Shown here: one piece after another, positions 1 through 10,612 of the stretch
How the letters are laid out: each line of letters starts with the position of its first letter
How positions within the stretch are numbered: position 1 is the first letter of the stretch
DNA from: Cereibacter sphaeroides 2.4.1
GTDB lineage: Bacteria; Pseudomonadota; Alphaproteobacteria; Rhodobacterales; Rhodobacteraceae
Direction: 5' to 3'
Assembly: GCF_000012905.2 (NCBI RefSeq)
Contig: NC_007493.2
Coordinates: 1,980,001 to 2,012,000, forward strand
Length of the DNA: 32,000 nt
The notes under the pieces: generated by a model
What the model saw: the letters and a program-made list of their open reading frames with translations, nothing else
Told to the model about the DNA's origin: nothing
Database searches by the model: none
Made by a program: the position numbers and the translations under genes

Positions 1-218
1 GTGGGCGTGTTGAAGACCGCATGCAGCGCGACAGTCAGCTCAACCACCCCCAGCGAGGACCCCAGATGTCCTCCCGTCTCGGCAACGACCGAAATCACCT
101 CGGAACGCACTTCGTCGGCCAGCCGCTCCAGTTCGGCGTCACTCAGCGCCTTCATGTCGGCCGGGCAGCAGACGCGATCCAAAAGCGGGGTTTCGGGTCG
201 CGGGGTGGGATTGGTCAT
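1..218 (-). CDS. dxs: 1-deoxy-D-xylulose-5-phosphate synthase, N-terminal 72 codons (gene continues off the left edge)
   Basis: Minus-strand ATG 218-216 lies behind GGGAGG (224-229). Translation is [72 protein letters not shown], the conserved Dxs N-terminus ([18 protein letters not shown]). The frame is open to the window edge, so it is absent from the ORF track. Confidence 0.85.
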   Translation of the reverse strand, partial: MTNPTPRPETPLLDRVCCPADMKALSDAELERLADEVRSEVISVVAETGGHLGSSLGVVELTVALHAVFNTP

Positions 219-234
219 CAGAGCCTCCCGTGAA

Positions 235-271
235 TGTCAAAAGGGTGCCGTGCGGTCTTCCACACGGCACC
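235..271 (-). terminator. puf operon 3' hairpin with T-run (intrinsic terminator / 3' end protection)
   Basis: 9-bp stem GGTGCCGTG (244-252) / CACGGCACC (263-271). On the minus strand it is followed by CTTTTGAC. A second GC hairpin, GGGCGGC-CTCGC-GCCGCCC (357-375), sits just after the pufX stop. Confidence 0.6.
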
Positions 272-391
272 AGGTCCCTGTCGCCAACAGGAAGGGAACC
301 GGGCTGTGGTGTCGCCCCGGACCCGGGCCGGCGATATGGCCCGGACTTGGAGGAGCGGGCGGCCTCGCGCCGCCCTGCCCCGAGACTTGTC

Positions 392-640
392 TCAGACGAG
401 ATGCTTGATCAGCTCGATCCCGGTCTCCAGAGCGCCGGTGATGTTCGGCGCCGGAGCCTGGTTCTCCTGGATCGGAAGCATCCGCCCGACCACCCGGAAG
501 AACCCGATGAGAAGGAGCGTCCCGAAGAACACGCCGCCAGCCCAGCCCGCACCCTTCATCATCTGGAAAGCGACCCAGAGGCGAAGGTTGGTCTTCGGAT
601 TGGTGTTGAGGTGATCGTTGAAGATGGTCTTGTCAGCCAT
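392..640 (-). CDS. pufX: PufX, RC-LH1 core complex polypeptide
   Basis: Track ORF of 82 aa, [48 protein letters not shown]..., recognised as R. sphaeroides PufX. It has a single TM helix and starts 12 nt downstream of pufM. Confidence 0.95.
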
Positions 641-652
641 TGTGATCGCTCC

Positions 653-1579
653 TCAGTTCAGCGGCGCCATGCCGTGGTTCTGGCCCCAGACGTACCAGTT
701 GTCCACGACCGTGCCCGAGAGCAGGATGCCGATGCCGCCGGTGAGGGTCACGAGGACCGCCATCCAGATGGCCCAGCGGTGGATGCCTTCCATCGTGGCG
801 TTGAAACCCATGGTCCAGCGCCAGAAGAGGGCGGCCCGCTCCGCTGCCGTCCCGCGGTCGGCGATCTGCTCCAGCTCGCGCTCGCCGCCGAAGCGGGAGA
901 CCGCGAGGATGGTCGCACCGTGCATCGCGAAGAGCAGGGCCGACCCGTAGAGGAAGGCGATCGAGAGACCGTGGAAGGGGTTGTAGAACAGGTTGCCGTG
1001 GACGAGCGAGAAGTTGTTCGTCCAGTCGAGGTGCGAGAAGATGCCGTAGGGAACCGCTTCCGACCAGGACCCCATGAGGATCGGACGGATGAAGCCCAGC
1101 ACCATCCACAGCCAGATGGCCGAGAGGAACGCCCAGGCGGTGTGCTTGCCCATGCCCAGCGCCTGAGCGCGGAGATAGGTGCGGCCCCACCAGGACCAGA
1201 CCGCGACGAACATGAAGAACGACGCGATCAGCCACAGCCCGCCTTCCTTCAGCGGAGCCGCGAAGGACAGACCGTATTCGGGTGCCGGCGGCTCGAGCGA
1301 GAAGAAGAACAGGTCGCGCAGGAAGACGGCCGGGTTCCAGCCCGCCTGATACCAGAACCAGATCCCGATGGTGAAGAACCACATCAGGCCCGAGAAGAGG
1401 GACAGGACGCCGAGCGAGCCGAGATAGATCGGGCCGAGCTGGGCGTTGCCGAACCAGCCGAGCAGGGTCGAGAAGGGACCGACGCCCGAACGGTTGGCCA
1501 GGTTGACGTCTTCGGTCATCCCCAGGTCGGCCGGTCCGCGGACCTGGACCTGGGAGAAGATGTTCTGATACTCAGCCAT
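653..1579 (-). CDS. pufM: Photosynthetic reaction centre M subunit
   Basis: Track ORF of 308 aa, [20 protein letters not shown]..., a five-TM type II reaction-centre protein. Its ATG lies 8 nt inside the pufL 3' end, behind GGGAGG. Confidence 0.97.
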
Positions 1580-2420
1580 TGATGCCTCCCGGGATGTTCG
1601 CCCACCACGGCAGCTTCACCCACCATTGCCACCAGTCGACCCACTGATCGAACCAGATGGTGCCGGTAATGATCATGCAGAGGGCGCTGAAGAAGACGGC
1701 GCTCAGCGAGAGCAGCAGGCCGAGGCGGTGGATGCCGAGCGTCCCGATCGAGTAGCCGACCAGATCGCGGAAGAACGTATCCTCGTGATCCGGCGTCCGC
1801 ATTTCCTTGCCCTTCTCGGGGTTGGCCGCGGAGAGCACAAGGGCGCCGTGCAGCGCCAGAGCCAGCGCGTTCGTGAAGAAGAACGAGATGGCGATCATGT
1901 GGGCAGGGTTGTAGTGGAAGTTGCCGTAGGTGTAGCCCGTGTTCGACACCCAGTCGAGGTGCGTCCAGATCCCGTAGGGGAAGGCATAGCCCCAGGCGCC
2001 CATCATCACCGGGCGGAACAGCACCAGCGTCAGGTAGGCCAGGATGGCGAACGCGAAGGCGAACGGGATGTGGTACCCGATGCCCAGCTTACGGCAGATT
2101 TCGACTTCGCGCAGCGCCCAGCTGACGAAGGCACCAGTGGCGCAGATCGTGATGATCTGCCACAGCCCGCCTTTTGCGAGGGGTGCACCTCCCAGGCCAT
2201 ATTCAAGGGCCGGCGGGTAGACAGAGATGAGTTGGGGGTTCCAGGTACCCTGGAGTACGGCACTCCAGGCAATCAGAATGATACCCAGGGCCGCGAAGAA
2301 AAACGTCGCAACCCCGAAGAAGCCGACATAGAAAGGGCCGACCCAGAAGTCGAACAGGTTTCCGCCGACCAGCGTGCCCCCCGGCACGCGATATTTTCGC
2401 TCGAAGCTGAGCAGTGCCAT
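1572..2420 (-). CDS. pufL: Photosynthetic reaction centre L subunit
   Basis: Track ORF of 282 aa, [33 protein letters not shown]..., the canonical RC-L sequence. The SD GGAGAGGGAAGC precedes the ATG. Confidence 0.97.
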
Positions 2421-2499
2421 GCTTCCCTCTCCGCTTGCAGTCGGCCCAACCCGCGCTTGCGCGCGAAGCGGAGCCGTCTCAATGGCTGAACCTTGGAAT

Positions 2500-2529
2500 C
2501 GTCGCGGGCGGTGGGTGCCGCCCGCGACG
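2500..2529 (-). promoter_or_regulatory. pufA-pufL intercistronic stem-loop (mRNA segment stabiliser / partial terminator)
   Basis: 12-bp perfect stem CGTCGCGGGCGG / CCGCCCGCGACG with a 6-nt loop, 14 nt downstream of the pufA stop. Further GC pairing occurs at 2429-2436 / 2466-2473. It fits the known short pufBA versus long pufBALMX transcript pattern. Confidence 0.65.
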
Positions 2530-2543
2530 GAGGGCCGGCCCGA

Positions 2544-2720
2544 TTACTCGGCGACGGCGACGCGGTTGTACTTGGCGGCAGAGATTTCCAGCCAGTTGTA
2601 GCTGGGGGTGCTCAGCAGGATGAGGTGGATCATCACCGCGAGGAGGAACAGGAACACGCCCTGAGCCACGAACACGCGACGGGGATCGAAGATCATCCAA
2701 ATTTTGTAGAACTTGCTCAT
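2544..2720 (-). CDS. pufA: LH1 (B875) alpha polypeptide
   Basis: Shorter than 60 aa, so not in the track. Minus-strand ATG 2720 to TAA 2546-2544 gives [58 protein letters not shown] (58 aa), with the BChl-ligand His in a TM helix. Confidence 0.95.
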
Positions 2721-2733
2721 GATCTTGTTCTCC

Positions 2734-3243
<510 letters not shown>

Positions 3244-3247
<4 letters not shown>

Positions 3248-4719
3248 TGGTTCTCTCCCTTCCTCTCGCCGAAGCCCGGCCCACGCAGGGCTTCGACAGT
3301 CTCTCTCACGACCCTCTCGGCACCGGCATCGAGGGCAGCCTTCTCGGCGGCGTCGCGCAAGGCACGCGCGGCGCTGATCCGGGTGAGAACCGGATGCTCC
3401 TCTACGATGCGGTCCAGGGCCGCTTGCGCATCGGCATCCCACGGGAAGTCGCGGCGCAGTGTCGTCGGTGTGGCGGCGGCGCTGTCCATCTCCGTCCCGA
3501 GGGGCAGAATGTGGAACAGGGCGTCGAACAGGGCGTTGCAAACTTCCTGCAGTAACCACGTAGCACCTGCATATCCCATAACGGGCGTTCCGGTAGCGCG
3601 CCGGATCGCCGCACCCGGGAAAGAGGCAGCGATGAAAGAGGGTTGCGGGCCGTGACCGGCTTTCAGTTCCGCAAGGTAAATCTTCTCGTTGATCGACCCC
3701 ATGAGCACGAGCGGACGGTGCTGGCGGATCAGTCCGCGCACCGCTTCGTTGTCGGTCTTCGAGCCCCTCTTGCGGGCCACGGCGAAGGCGCAGGGCAGCC
3801 CGAGATCGCCTTCGAGATAGTTTCGGATGCCTCTTGCATAAGTTTCGGTCGCCACGATTCCGAAATTGGCCGTCCCGAAGAAGTCCTGCGTGACACTCCG
3901 CCACAGATCCCACACGGGCTTCAGCGTCGAGTGCTTCTCGCGCTCGATGAAGGGCTCCGGATCGAGGCCCAGAATCTCGCCCAGGCGGCGCAGGAAGGCG
4001 GTCGTGCTCTCGACCCCGATGGGGGCCTGGAGGTAGGGCTTGCCCAGCACCTCGGCCAGCCCGCGGCCGAATTCGCGGTACATGACGATGTTGGCGTCGG
4101 CATTGACCAAGTGTCGCATCTCGGCCAGATGCGCGCCCAAGGGCATCACCATGTTCACTTCGGCGCCGATCCCCTCGACGAGACGGCGAATCTCGTGAAG
4201 GTCCGACGCCATGTTGAAGACGCCGTACATGGGCCCGAGGATGTTCACCCGCGGCTTCGCCCCCTCGGGGCGCTTGGCTTCGGGCGGCATGCGACCCTTG
4301 GTCATCCCGAACTCCGAGAAGATCCAGGTCATCGCCCGGTCGGCCGCTTCCCACTGGTCCTCGTCGATGGTGCGGGGCAGGAAGCGCTGGATGTTCGTGC
4401 CCTGCGGCGTCACGCCGCCGCCGATCATCTCGGCGATCGAGCCCGTGACCACCACCGCGGGCAGCGCCGGATCCAGCACCTTCCAGGCCCGGCTCATCGA
4501 GGCCTCGGTGCCCTCGCTCATCTCGCTCTCGCCGAGGCCCGTCACCACGATGGGCAGCTCGTGCGGGGGCAGCGCGTCGGTGTAATGCAGCACCGAGGTC
4601 ACCGGCAGGTTCTCGCAGCCCACGGGGCCGTCGATCACCACCTGAAGCCCCTTCACCGCACAGAAGGCATAGACGGCGCCCCAGTAGCCCCCTGCCCTGT
4701 CATGATCCTGCACGAGCAT
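3244..4719 (-). CDS. bchZ: Chlorophyllide a reductase subunit Z
   Basis: Track ORF 3244-5118 trimmed to [40 protein letters not shown]... (491 aa), a nitrogenase-component-1-like fold. The ATG 4719 overlaps the bchY TGA as ATGA. Confidence 0.93.
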
Positions 4720-6227
4720 CAGATCATCTCCTCGGACTTGGCGGCCCGGGCGGCCTTCTCGAGCTTCTTCTGGTGCGCGGCCCGGAAGTCGGGGCGCAGG
4801 TTGGGCGCACCCTCCCAGATGCCGGCCGTATCCCCCTCGCCTACGCCGGCGAAGAAGGCTTTCATCTTCGACATCCGCTCGCGGTTGCCGATGGCCGCAT
4901 TGATCACCTGCGCGAGGCTGCCCGCTCCGGCCGGCCCCATCAGCGGCCGGGCCGAGATGAGGTTGGTGAAGTAGAGCGACGGGATGCCCAGCGACTTGGC
5001 CTTCTGCACCACCGGGGTCGTGCCCACGGCGAGGTCGGGCTCGAAGCCCTGCATCGCGGCGAGATCGTCCTCGAGCGAGGCGCGGAACTTCACCACCGTG
5101 CCCCGGGCCTCGAGCCATTCGCGGTCGGCGGCACTCCAGGGCGTCCTGCCTGCGGCGGTGCCCACATAGGGCACTTCGGCGCCGCTCTCGATCAGCAGGC
5201 GCGCCACGATCAGCTCGGAGCCCTCATAGCCCGAGAGCGTGATGCGCCCCTTGATCGGCGCACCGGCCAGCGCGCCCCTGATCGCGGGCAGGAAGGCGTT
5301 CTGCGCGGCGGCCACCTTGTCGGCGGCGATGCCATAGGCCTCGCCGATGGCGGCAAGCCAGGCGGCGGTGCCGTCATGGCCCACGGGGGCAGAGCCCACG
5401 ATGGCGCGGCCTGCGGCCTGAAACTCGCGGACCGAGGCCGTGTAGAAGGGATGGATCGCCGCGGCCACGCCACTGTCGAGCGCGGCATAGAGCTCGCGCC
5501 AGTCGCGGCAGGGCACCACGGGCCCCGCAGCAAGACCCAGCGGCGCCAGCAGCGCCCCGATCATCACCGGATCGGCCGGGAACATCTCGCCCAGCAGCGC
5601 CACGGTCGGCCGGTCGGACCGGCCCGAGACCGGCGCCTGCACCGGGCCCGCCTCGATCTCGGAGCGGGCATATTTCAGCATCGCGCCCGCCAGCACGTCC
5701 TTCGCCTCGGCATGGGTCGGCACGCCGAAGCCCGGCACGTCGATGCCCACGATCCGCACGCCGTTGATCTCGGAGGGCAGGAGCCGCAGCGGCACGCCCG
5801 AGGCGGTCGGCACGCAGAGGTTCGTCACCACGATCGCGTCATAGCGCTGCGGATCGGCCATCTCGTGGACCGCCTCGCGGATGTCCTCGAACAGCTTGCC
5901 CGTGACGAGCGATTCCGAATTGAAGGGCACATAGCCGATCGACCGCCGCGCGCCGTAGAAATGCGAGACGAACGAGAGGCCGTAGGTGCAGCAGGCCGAA
6001 CCCGAGATGATCGTGCCCACCCGCCGCATCCGAAGCCCGGTGCGCAGCGACCCGAAGGCCGGGCACATGCTCTGCGGCTTGTCGTGGGGCCCGACCGGAT
6101 AGTCGGCCTTGAACCGCTCCATCAGTTCGCCGTTGCCCGCGGCACTGGCCGCGGCGGCCATGTCGGCCGTGGAATGGCAGCCCATGGCCTCGGGCGCCAT
6201 CGGGGCGCCGCCTGGGGTCTGGCTCAT
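4719..6227 (-). CDS. bchY: Chlorophyllide a reductase subunit Y
   Basis: Track ORF of 502 aa, [27 protein letters not shown]...[36 protein letters not shown]..., a BchY/NifD-like protein with Cys cluster ligands. Confidence 0.93.
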   Translation of the reverse strand: MSQTPGGAPMAPEAMGCHSTADMAAAASAAGNGELMERFKADYPVGPHDKPQSMCPAFGSLRTGLRMRRVGTIISGSACCTYGLSFVSHFYGARRSIGYVPFNSESLVTGKLFEDIREAVHEMADPQRYDAIVVTNLCVPTASGVPLRLLPSEINGVRIVGIDVPGFGVPTHAEAKDVLAGAMLKYARSEIEAGPVQAPVSGRSDRPTVALLGEMFPADPVMIGALLAPLGLAAGPVVPCRDWRELYAALDSGVAAAIHPFYTASVREFQAAGRAIVGSAPVGHDGTAAWLAAIGEAYGIAADKVAAAQNAFLPAIRGALAGAPIKGRITLSGYEGSELIVARLLIESGAEVPYVGTAAGRTPWSAADREWLEARGTVVKFRASLEDDLAAMQGFEPDLAVGTTPVVQKAKSLGIPSLYFTNLISARPLMGPAGAGSLAQVINAAIGNRERMSKMKAFFAGVGEGDTAGIWEGAPNLRPDFRAAHQKKLEKAARAAKSEEMI

Positions 6228-6302
6228 CGTCCTGCCCCCTTCCGCTTCTGGCGCGCGGCGATCTGACGGAGCGCCTGATCGAGCCGCGCGAGGGTATCGA
6301 GA

Positions 6303-7304
6303 TCAAGCATCGTCGTAGATCACTTCCAGCGATTTCTTCGCGGCCGCGTTCTTGCCGCGCATGTCGGCATCCGTGGCGGGCTCGAGCTTGAAGTCGGCGC
6401 CGATCGCCTCGGGGGTGAAGAGGTCGAGGAGGCCATCCTGCGACAGCGGCTTCGGCCGGATCGGGGGCGCCTCGCCCACGGCATGGGCCAGCCCCTCGAA
6501 GAGAGGTCCCCATTGCGTGCCGGGAATGCCGACGATCTGATAGTTCGCCGACTTGCGGCGCAGATCCTCGTCGGCCGGAATCGTCGCAAGGATCGGAATG
6601 TCCGCCGCCTCGGCGAAGGCCTTGGCCTCGCCGGTGCCGTCGTCCTTGTTGATGACGAGCCCCGCCACGCCCACGTTGCCGCCGAGCTTGCGGAAATATT
6701 CCACCGCCGAGCAGACGTTGTTCGTCACATAGAGCGACTGGAGGTCGTTCGATCCGACGAGGATCACCTTCTGCGCCATGTCGCGGGCGATGGGCAGGCC
6801 GAAGCCGCCGCAGACCACGTCGCCCAGGAAGTCGAGCAGCACATAGTCGAAGTCCCAGTCGTGGAAGCCGAGCTTCTCCAGCAGTTCGAAGCCGTGGATG
6901 ATGCCGCGCCCGCCGCAGCCGCGGCCCACCTCGGGCCCGCCCAGCTCCATCGCGAAGACGCCGTCGCGCTTGAAGCAGACGTCGCCGATCTGGACCTCTT
7001 CGCCGGCCAGCTTCTTCCTGGCCGAGGTCTCGATGATCGTGGGGCAGGCCTTGCCGCCGAACAGAAGCGAGGTCGTGTCGGACTTCGGGTCGCAGCCGAT
7101 CAGCAGCACGCGCTTGCCGATCTGGGCCATCATGTAGCTGAGGTTCGCCAGCGTGAAGCTCTTGCCGATGCCGCCCTTGCCGTAGATCGCGATGACCTGC
7201 GTCTTCTTCTTCGGCTCGCCTTGCGGCACCTCGAGCGTCGGCTCTTCCGCCGCCTCGTCGCGGAGGCGTTGGTCGAACGCCTTCAGTTCGGGTGCATCCG
7301 TCAT
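6303..7304 (-). CDS. bchX: Chlorophyllide a reductase iron protein subunit X
   Basis: Track ORF 6303-7475 trimmed to [14 protein letters not shown]...[20 protein letters not shown] (333 aa), with a NifH/BchL-type P-loop. The ATG 7304 overlaps the bchC TGA (7303-7301) as ATGA. Confidence 0.93.
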   Translation of the reverse strand: MTDAPELKAFDQRLRDEAAEEPTLEVPQGEPKKKTQVIAIYGKGGIGKSFTLANLSYMMAQIGKRVLLIGCDPKSDTTSLLFGGKACPTIIETSARKKLAGEEVQIGDVCFKRDGVFAMELGGPEVGRGCGGRGIIHGFELLEKLGFHDWDFDYVLLDFLGDVVCGGFGLPIARDMAQKVILVGSNDLQSLYVTNNVCSAVEYFRKLGGNVGVAGLVINKDDGTGEAKAFAEAADIPILATIPADEDLRRKSANYQIVGIPGTQWGPLFEGLAHAVGEAPPIRPKPLSQDGLLDLFTPEAIGADFKLEPATDADMRGKNAAAKKSLEVIYDDA

Positions 7305-8257
7305 GCGGTGGCCCTCCAATCCAGGATCATCTTGAGACAGTCGGGGTCGCTGAAGGCCGTGGCATAGGCCTCGGCCGCCTCCGACGCCGGTCGGGTGTGG
7401 GTGATCAGGTTGGCAAGCGAAAGCGCCCCGCTCTCGATCAGCGCGCGGGTGGCCACCATGTCCTCGGGCTGCCACTCGGCAGCGATGCGCAGGCGCGCCT
7501 CCTTCATGAAGGCGGGCACGAAGGTGAAGGCGACGGGCTCGGTGTAGAAGCCCGCCAGCACGATCTCGCCGCCCTTGGCGAGCCGCATCACCAGACTGTC
7601 GATCAGTTTCGGATCGCCCGACGCATCGTAGATCGAGCGGTAGTCGCGGCGCTGGTCGGTCGCGGGGTCGATGACCTCGTAGCCCTCGGCATGGCGGCGC
7701 CGTTCCGCCTTGGTCTCCCAGACCACCGGCGGCTCGCCGCCCGCGGCAATGGTCAGACGCGCGAGCAGCCGGCCCAGGGTGCCGTGACCCACGATCAGGT
7801 CCGGCAGCACATGGTTCAGCCCGGCCAGCGCATGGCGCGCGGTCGCGGCAAGCGCCAGAAGCGCCCCCTCGGCCTCGAGCGCAGGATCGATGCGCACCGC
7901 GCGGTGGGCGGGCGTCACGAGCCGCTTCGTCGCCGCGCCGAACAGGCCGCGGATCGGCCCCGCATCGGTCGGCGCGAAACAGTTGGAGCCCGGCACGAAG
8001 ACCCGGTCGCCCGGCCGGAAGCCCGTATCGGGCGCGGCCTCGACCACTTCGCCCGCGGCCTCGTAGCCCGGCACCAGCGGGTAGCCCATGCCCGGAAAAG
8101 GCGGCATCTGCCCGGTGTAGAACAGTTTTTCGGTGCCCGTCGAAATGCCCGAGTGGGTGATCTCGACGACGATATCGCCGGGCGCGGGCTCGTTCAGCTG
8201 GATGGTCTGAAGGCCAAGGTCCCGCGGACCCGACAGGATGACGGCGGTCGTTCTCAC
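7301..8257 (-). CDS. bchC: 3-hydroxyethyl bacteriochlorophyllide a dehydrogenase
   Basis: Track ORF of 318 aa with a GTG start, [46 protein letters not shown].... It is a medium-chain dehydrogenase fold ([11 protein letters not shown] site). GGGGGA lies upstream. Confidence 0.9.
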   Translation of the reverse strand: MRTTAVILSGPRDLGLQTIQLNEPAPGDIVVEITHSGISTGTEKLFYTGQMPPFPGMGYPLVPGYEAAGEVVEAAPDTGFRPGDRVFVPGSNCFAPTDAGPIRGLFGAATKRLVTPAHRAVRIDPALEAEGALLALAATARHALAGLNHVLPDLIVGHGTLGRLLARLTIAAGGEPPVVWETKAERRRHAEGYEVIDPATDQRRDYRSIYDASGDPKLIDSLVMRLAKGGEIVLAGFYTEPVAFTFVPAFMKEARLRIAAEWQPEDMVATRALIESGALSLANLITHTRPASEAAEAYATAFSDPDCLKMILDWRATA

Positions 8258-8329
8258 AGCGTTTTCCCCCGCGCTCTTCCGGCCGACCTGCCCTGCGGGA
8301 CTCGGGTCGGCCTATATCGACGCTTCAGG

Positions 8330-8373
8330 TGTAACATTAACGGGACATCGTGAAGTGTCAACTTTATTGGACA
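8330..8373. promoter_or_regulatory. Tandem PpsR/CrtJ operator in the bchC promoter region
   Basis: TGTAACATTAACGGGACA (8330-8347) and TGTCAACTTTATTGGACA (8356-8373) are both perfect TGT-N12-ACA and are 8 bp apart. They sit in an AT-rich island 73 nt upstream of bchC. Confidence 0.85.
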
Positions 8374-8409
8374 GTGCCACCCTGCGTCCGATTGCGCTGC
8401 GCCCGCGCG

Positions 8410-9549
8410 TCACGGCGCGTCAGAGGGACGCACGGCCGTCACCGCGCTCGCGACATAGGGCCGGAGGCCGGGGAAGATCTTGATCTCGGAAAAGCCCTGC
8501 CCCGTCAGCAGCTCCGCGATCTCGGCCGCCGAGCGGACGCGCCCGGTCCGCATGGCCGCGGTGTAGAAGGCCATGTAGGTGTCTGTCTCGCGGTGCGGCC
8601 GGGCGCCTCCGGACATGGCCTCGGCCACGATCACCCGGCCGCCCGCGGGCAGCGCCTCGCGCACCCGGTGCAGGAGCAGCTTCACCGTCTCGTCCGAATG
8701 GTCGAACAGCACCCGCACGAGGCTGATCGCATCGGCCCCGAGCGGCAGTGGATCGTCGCGGAAGCTGCCGCCATGCACGGTGAACCGTCCGGCCAGCCCC
8801 GCCTCGGTCAACCTCTGCGGTGCGGCCTCGGCCACCACGGGCAGGTCGAAGAGCATGAGTTCCATCAGCGGATAGGCCCGCCCCACGGCCGCGAGGAAGG
8901 CGCCGGTGCCCCCGCCCACGTCCATCAGCCGCCTGACCCCCATCAGATCCACCAGCCGCAGCGCATCCTCGGCCACGAGCCCCTGGCTCTCGGTCATCAG
9001 GCGGGAATATTTCGCGGTCACCTCGGGGTCGGTCGCCCCCCCGGCGCCGAAGACATAGGGCCAGAAGCGCGCGAGTTCGGGCTCGGTCTCGCCTTTCAGG
9101 AAGGCCACCGGATCGGCCAGATCGCGGTAGAGCACATGGTGATGGCCCACCATCGCCTCGAGCCCCGGCACCGCGAGGAAGGCCGCGCCCCGAACCGCCA
9201 GATCGAACTGACCGTCGCGCCTCCGCGTGAGCAGCTTCAGCGCGGCGCCCCCCTGCAGCAGAAGCTGCATCCGCTCGGGCGCAAGCCCGGTGGCCGCGGC
9301 CAGCGCCTGCACCGTCTGCGGCCCCTCGGCCACCAGATGCAGCACCCGCAGCTCGACCAGCGCATAGAGCACCTGCGAATGGACGAAGCCCGCGACGATG
9401 TCGAACAGCTCCTCTCCCTCGCGCCGCCCGATGCGGCGCAGGAAGGGCACACGTTCGGCGATGAGCTGGAAGCGGCGCGAGCCGGCAAGGCGCACGCCGA
9501 GGCGGGAGAGGCCGAGCCCCCCGCGGGCGGGAGGTCTGAGAGCGCTCAT
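8410..9549 (-). CDS. crtF: Demethylspheroidene / hydroxyneurosporene O-methyltransferase
   Basis: Track ORF 8410-9645. Start chosen at ATG 9549 (MSALRPPARGG...), behind GGAAAGGA and downstream of an intergenic hairpin. The SAM motif is LMDVGGGTGAF. An alternative start at ATG 9645 would overlap crtE by 44 nt. Confidence 0.88.
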   Translation of the reverse strand: MSALRPPARGGLGLSRLGVRLAGSRRFQLIAERVPFLRRIGRREGEELFDIVAGFVHSQVLYALVELRVLHLVAEGPQTVQALAAATGLAPERMQLLLQGGAALKLLTRRRDGQFDLAVRGAAFLAVPGLEAMVGHHHVLYRDLADPVAFLKGETEPELARFWPYVFGAGGATDPEVTAKYSRLMTESQGLVAEDALRLVDLMGVRRLMDVGGGTGAFLAAVGRAYPLMELMLFDLPVVAEAAPQRLTEAGLAGRFTVHGGSFRDDPLPLGADAISLVRVLFDHSDETVKLLLHRVREALPAGGRVIVAEAMSGGARPHRETDTYMAFYTAAMRTGRVRSAAEIAELLTGQGFSEIKIFPGLRPYVASAVTAVRPSDAP

Positions 9550-9567
9550 GGAAGTCCTTTCCGATCC

Positions 9568-9586
9568 GGCCCCGGCGGGCGGGGCC
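9568..9586 (-). other. crtE-crtF intercistronic GC hairpin
   Basis: GGCCCCG-GCGGG-CGGGGCC, a 7-bp stem, lying between the crtE stop (9602) and the crtF ATG (9549). Confidence 0.4.
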
Positions 9587-9601
9587 TCGAGTGCGGGCGG
9601 C

Positions 9602-10468
9602 TCAGACGCGGGCCGCGACCTGCGCCGGCACGATCTTCTCGGCATAGCGGCGGACCATCTCGGCCAGCATCGCCTCGCCCGGGCAGGAGGGGATCGAGGC
9701 GATGGCGCCGCCGAGGATGTCCTTCAGCCGCTTCGCCGCGCCCTCGACGCCATATTCGCGCACCGCGTTCGGGCGGGCGTGGATCTCGTCCTGCCCCGCG
9801 GGCTTGCCCAGCGTCTCGGCATCGCAGAGCGCGTCGCGCAGGTCGTCGGCCACCTGGAAGGCCTCGCCGATGCGGGCTCCCAGCTCTTCCCAGGGCTCGG
9901 CCTCGTAGCCCGCGGCAATGGCGCCCATCTGGGTCGCGGCGATGAAGAGCGCGCCGGTCTTGGCCCGATGATAGGCCGAGAGATTGATCTGGCTCTCGCT
10001 CTCCCAGCCCTGCCCCGCGCAGATGCCCATCGGCATCCCCGTCCGCACCGCCAGCGCCGTCACCAGCTGCAGCGCCCGCTGCGGCTGGTCGGCCGCGGCG
10101 CGGGCCAGCACCTCGAAGCCCATCACGATCAGGCTGTCGCCGGTGAGGATCGCCAGCGGCTCGGAATAGGCGCGATGCACCGTGGGCTTGCCGCGCCGGA
10201 TCTCGGCATCGTCGAAGCAGGGCAGATCGTCATGCACGAGGCTCGCGCAATGGATCAGCTCAAGCGCCACCGCCGCCGCGTCCGACAGAGCCGGGCGGTC
10301 GTCGCCGCAGGCCGTGGCCACGCTGAGCAGAAGCGTGGGCCGGATGCGCGCGCCGCCGGGCGTCACCGCATAGTCGAGCGCCGTCGCCAGCTTCGAGGGC
10401 GCCTCGGAGCCCTGGCCCCGCGCGATCGCCGCTGCCATTGCCGCTTCAATCCGCTGTTCAAACGCCAT
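9602..10468 (-). CDS. crtE: Geranylgeranyl diphosphate synthase
   Basis: Track ORF 9602-10546 trimmed to MAFEQRIEAAMAAAIARGQG... (288 aa). It has the two Asp-rich prenyltransferase motifs LVHDDLPCFDD and FQVADDLRD. Confidence 0.92.
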   Translation of the reverse strand: MAFEQRIEAAMAAAIARGQGSEAPSKLATALDYAVTPGGARIRPTLLLSVATACGDDRPALSDAAAVALELIHCASLVHDDLPCFDDAEIRRGKPTVHRAYSEPLAILTGDSLIVMGFEVLARAAADQPQRALQLVTALAVRTGMPMGICAGQGWESESQINLSAYHRAKTGALFIAATQMGAIAAGYEAEPWEELGARIGEAFQVADDLRDALCDAETLGKPAGQDEIHARPNAVREYGVEGAAKRLKDILGGAIASIPSCPGEAMLAEMVRRYAEKIVPAQVAARV

Positions 10469-10540
10469 CTTGTGCCTCATAGGACAGCTCCGGCGCATCG
10501 TTGCGCCCCGGGGCGGCCACCGTGCCGCCGACTCCACAGG

Positions 10541-10558
10541 TGTCAACTTTTTCTTACA
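10541..10558. promoter_or_regulatory. PpsR/CrtJ palindrome in the divergent crtE / crtD control region
   Basis: TGTCAACTTTTTCTTACA is a perfect TGT-N12-ACA. A near-site, TGTCAACAATCCCGGGCA (10596-10613, ACA replaced by GCA), abuts the crtD ATG. Confidence 0.8.
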
Positions 10559-10612
10559 CCTTCTGGTCTTTGATACTGGACAGCCCGCACGGGGGTGTCA
10601 ACAATCCCGGGC

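Noticed and set aside
230-1582. A 450-aa plus-strand ORF, with companions at 618-950 and 633-1382, overlapping pufX and pufM.
   Set aside because: It is antisense or off-frame to unmistakable pufM and pufX. The translation is Arg/Pro/Gly/Glu-rich and low in complexity, which is typical of shadow ORFs in high-GC DNA. It has no recognisable motifs.
1931-1948. TGTAGCCCGTGTTCGACA, a formal TGT-N12-ACA match inside pufL. A second match, TGTTGAAGACGCCGTACA, lies at 4212-4229 inside bchZ.
   Set aside because: Both are GC-rich, lack extended palindromic arms (TGTCA/TGACA) and are buried in coding sequence. A few chance hits are expected in 32 kb. They serve as a specificity control for the AT-rich intergenic sites that I accepted.
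2273-2482. A 69-aa minus-strand ORF starting in the pufA-pufL spacer and running into pufL.
   Set aside because: It has a TTG start without an SD, lies inside the structured intercistronic region, is off-frame to pufL, and gives an Arg/Ser-rich translation.
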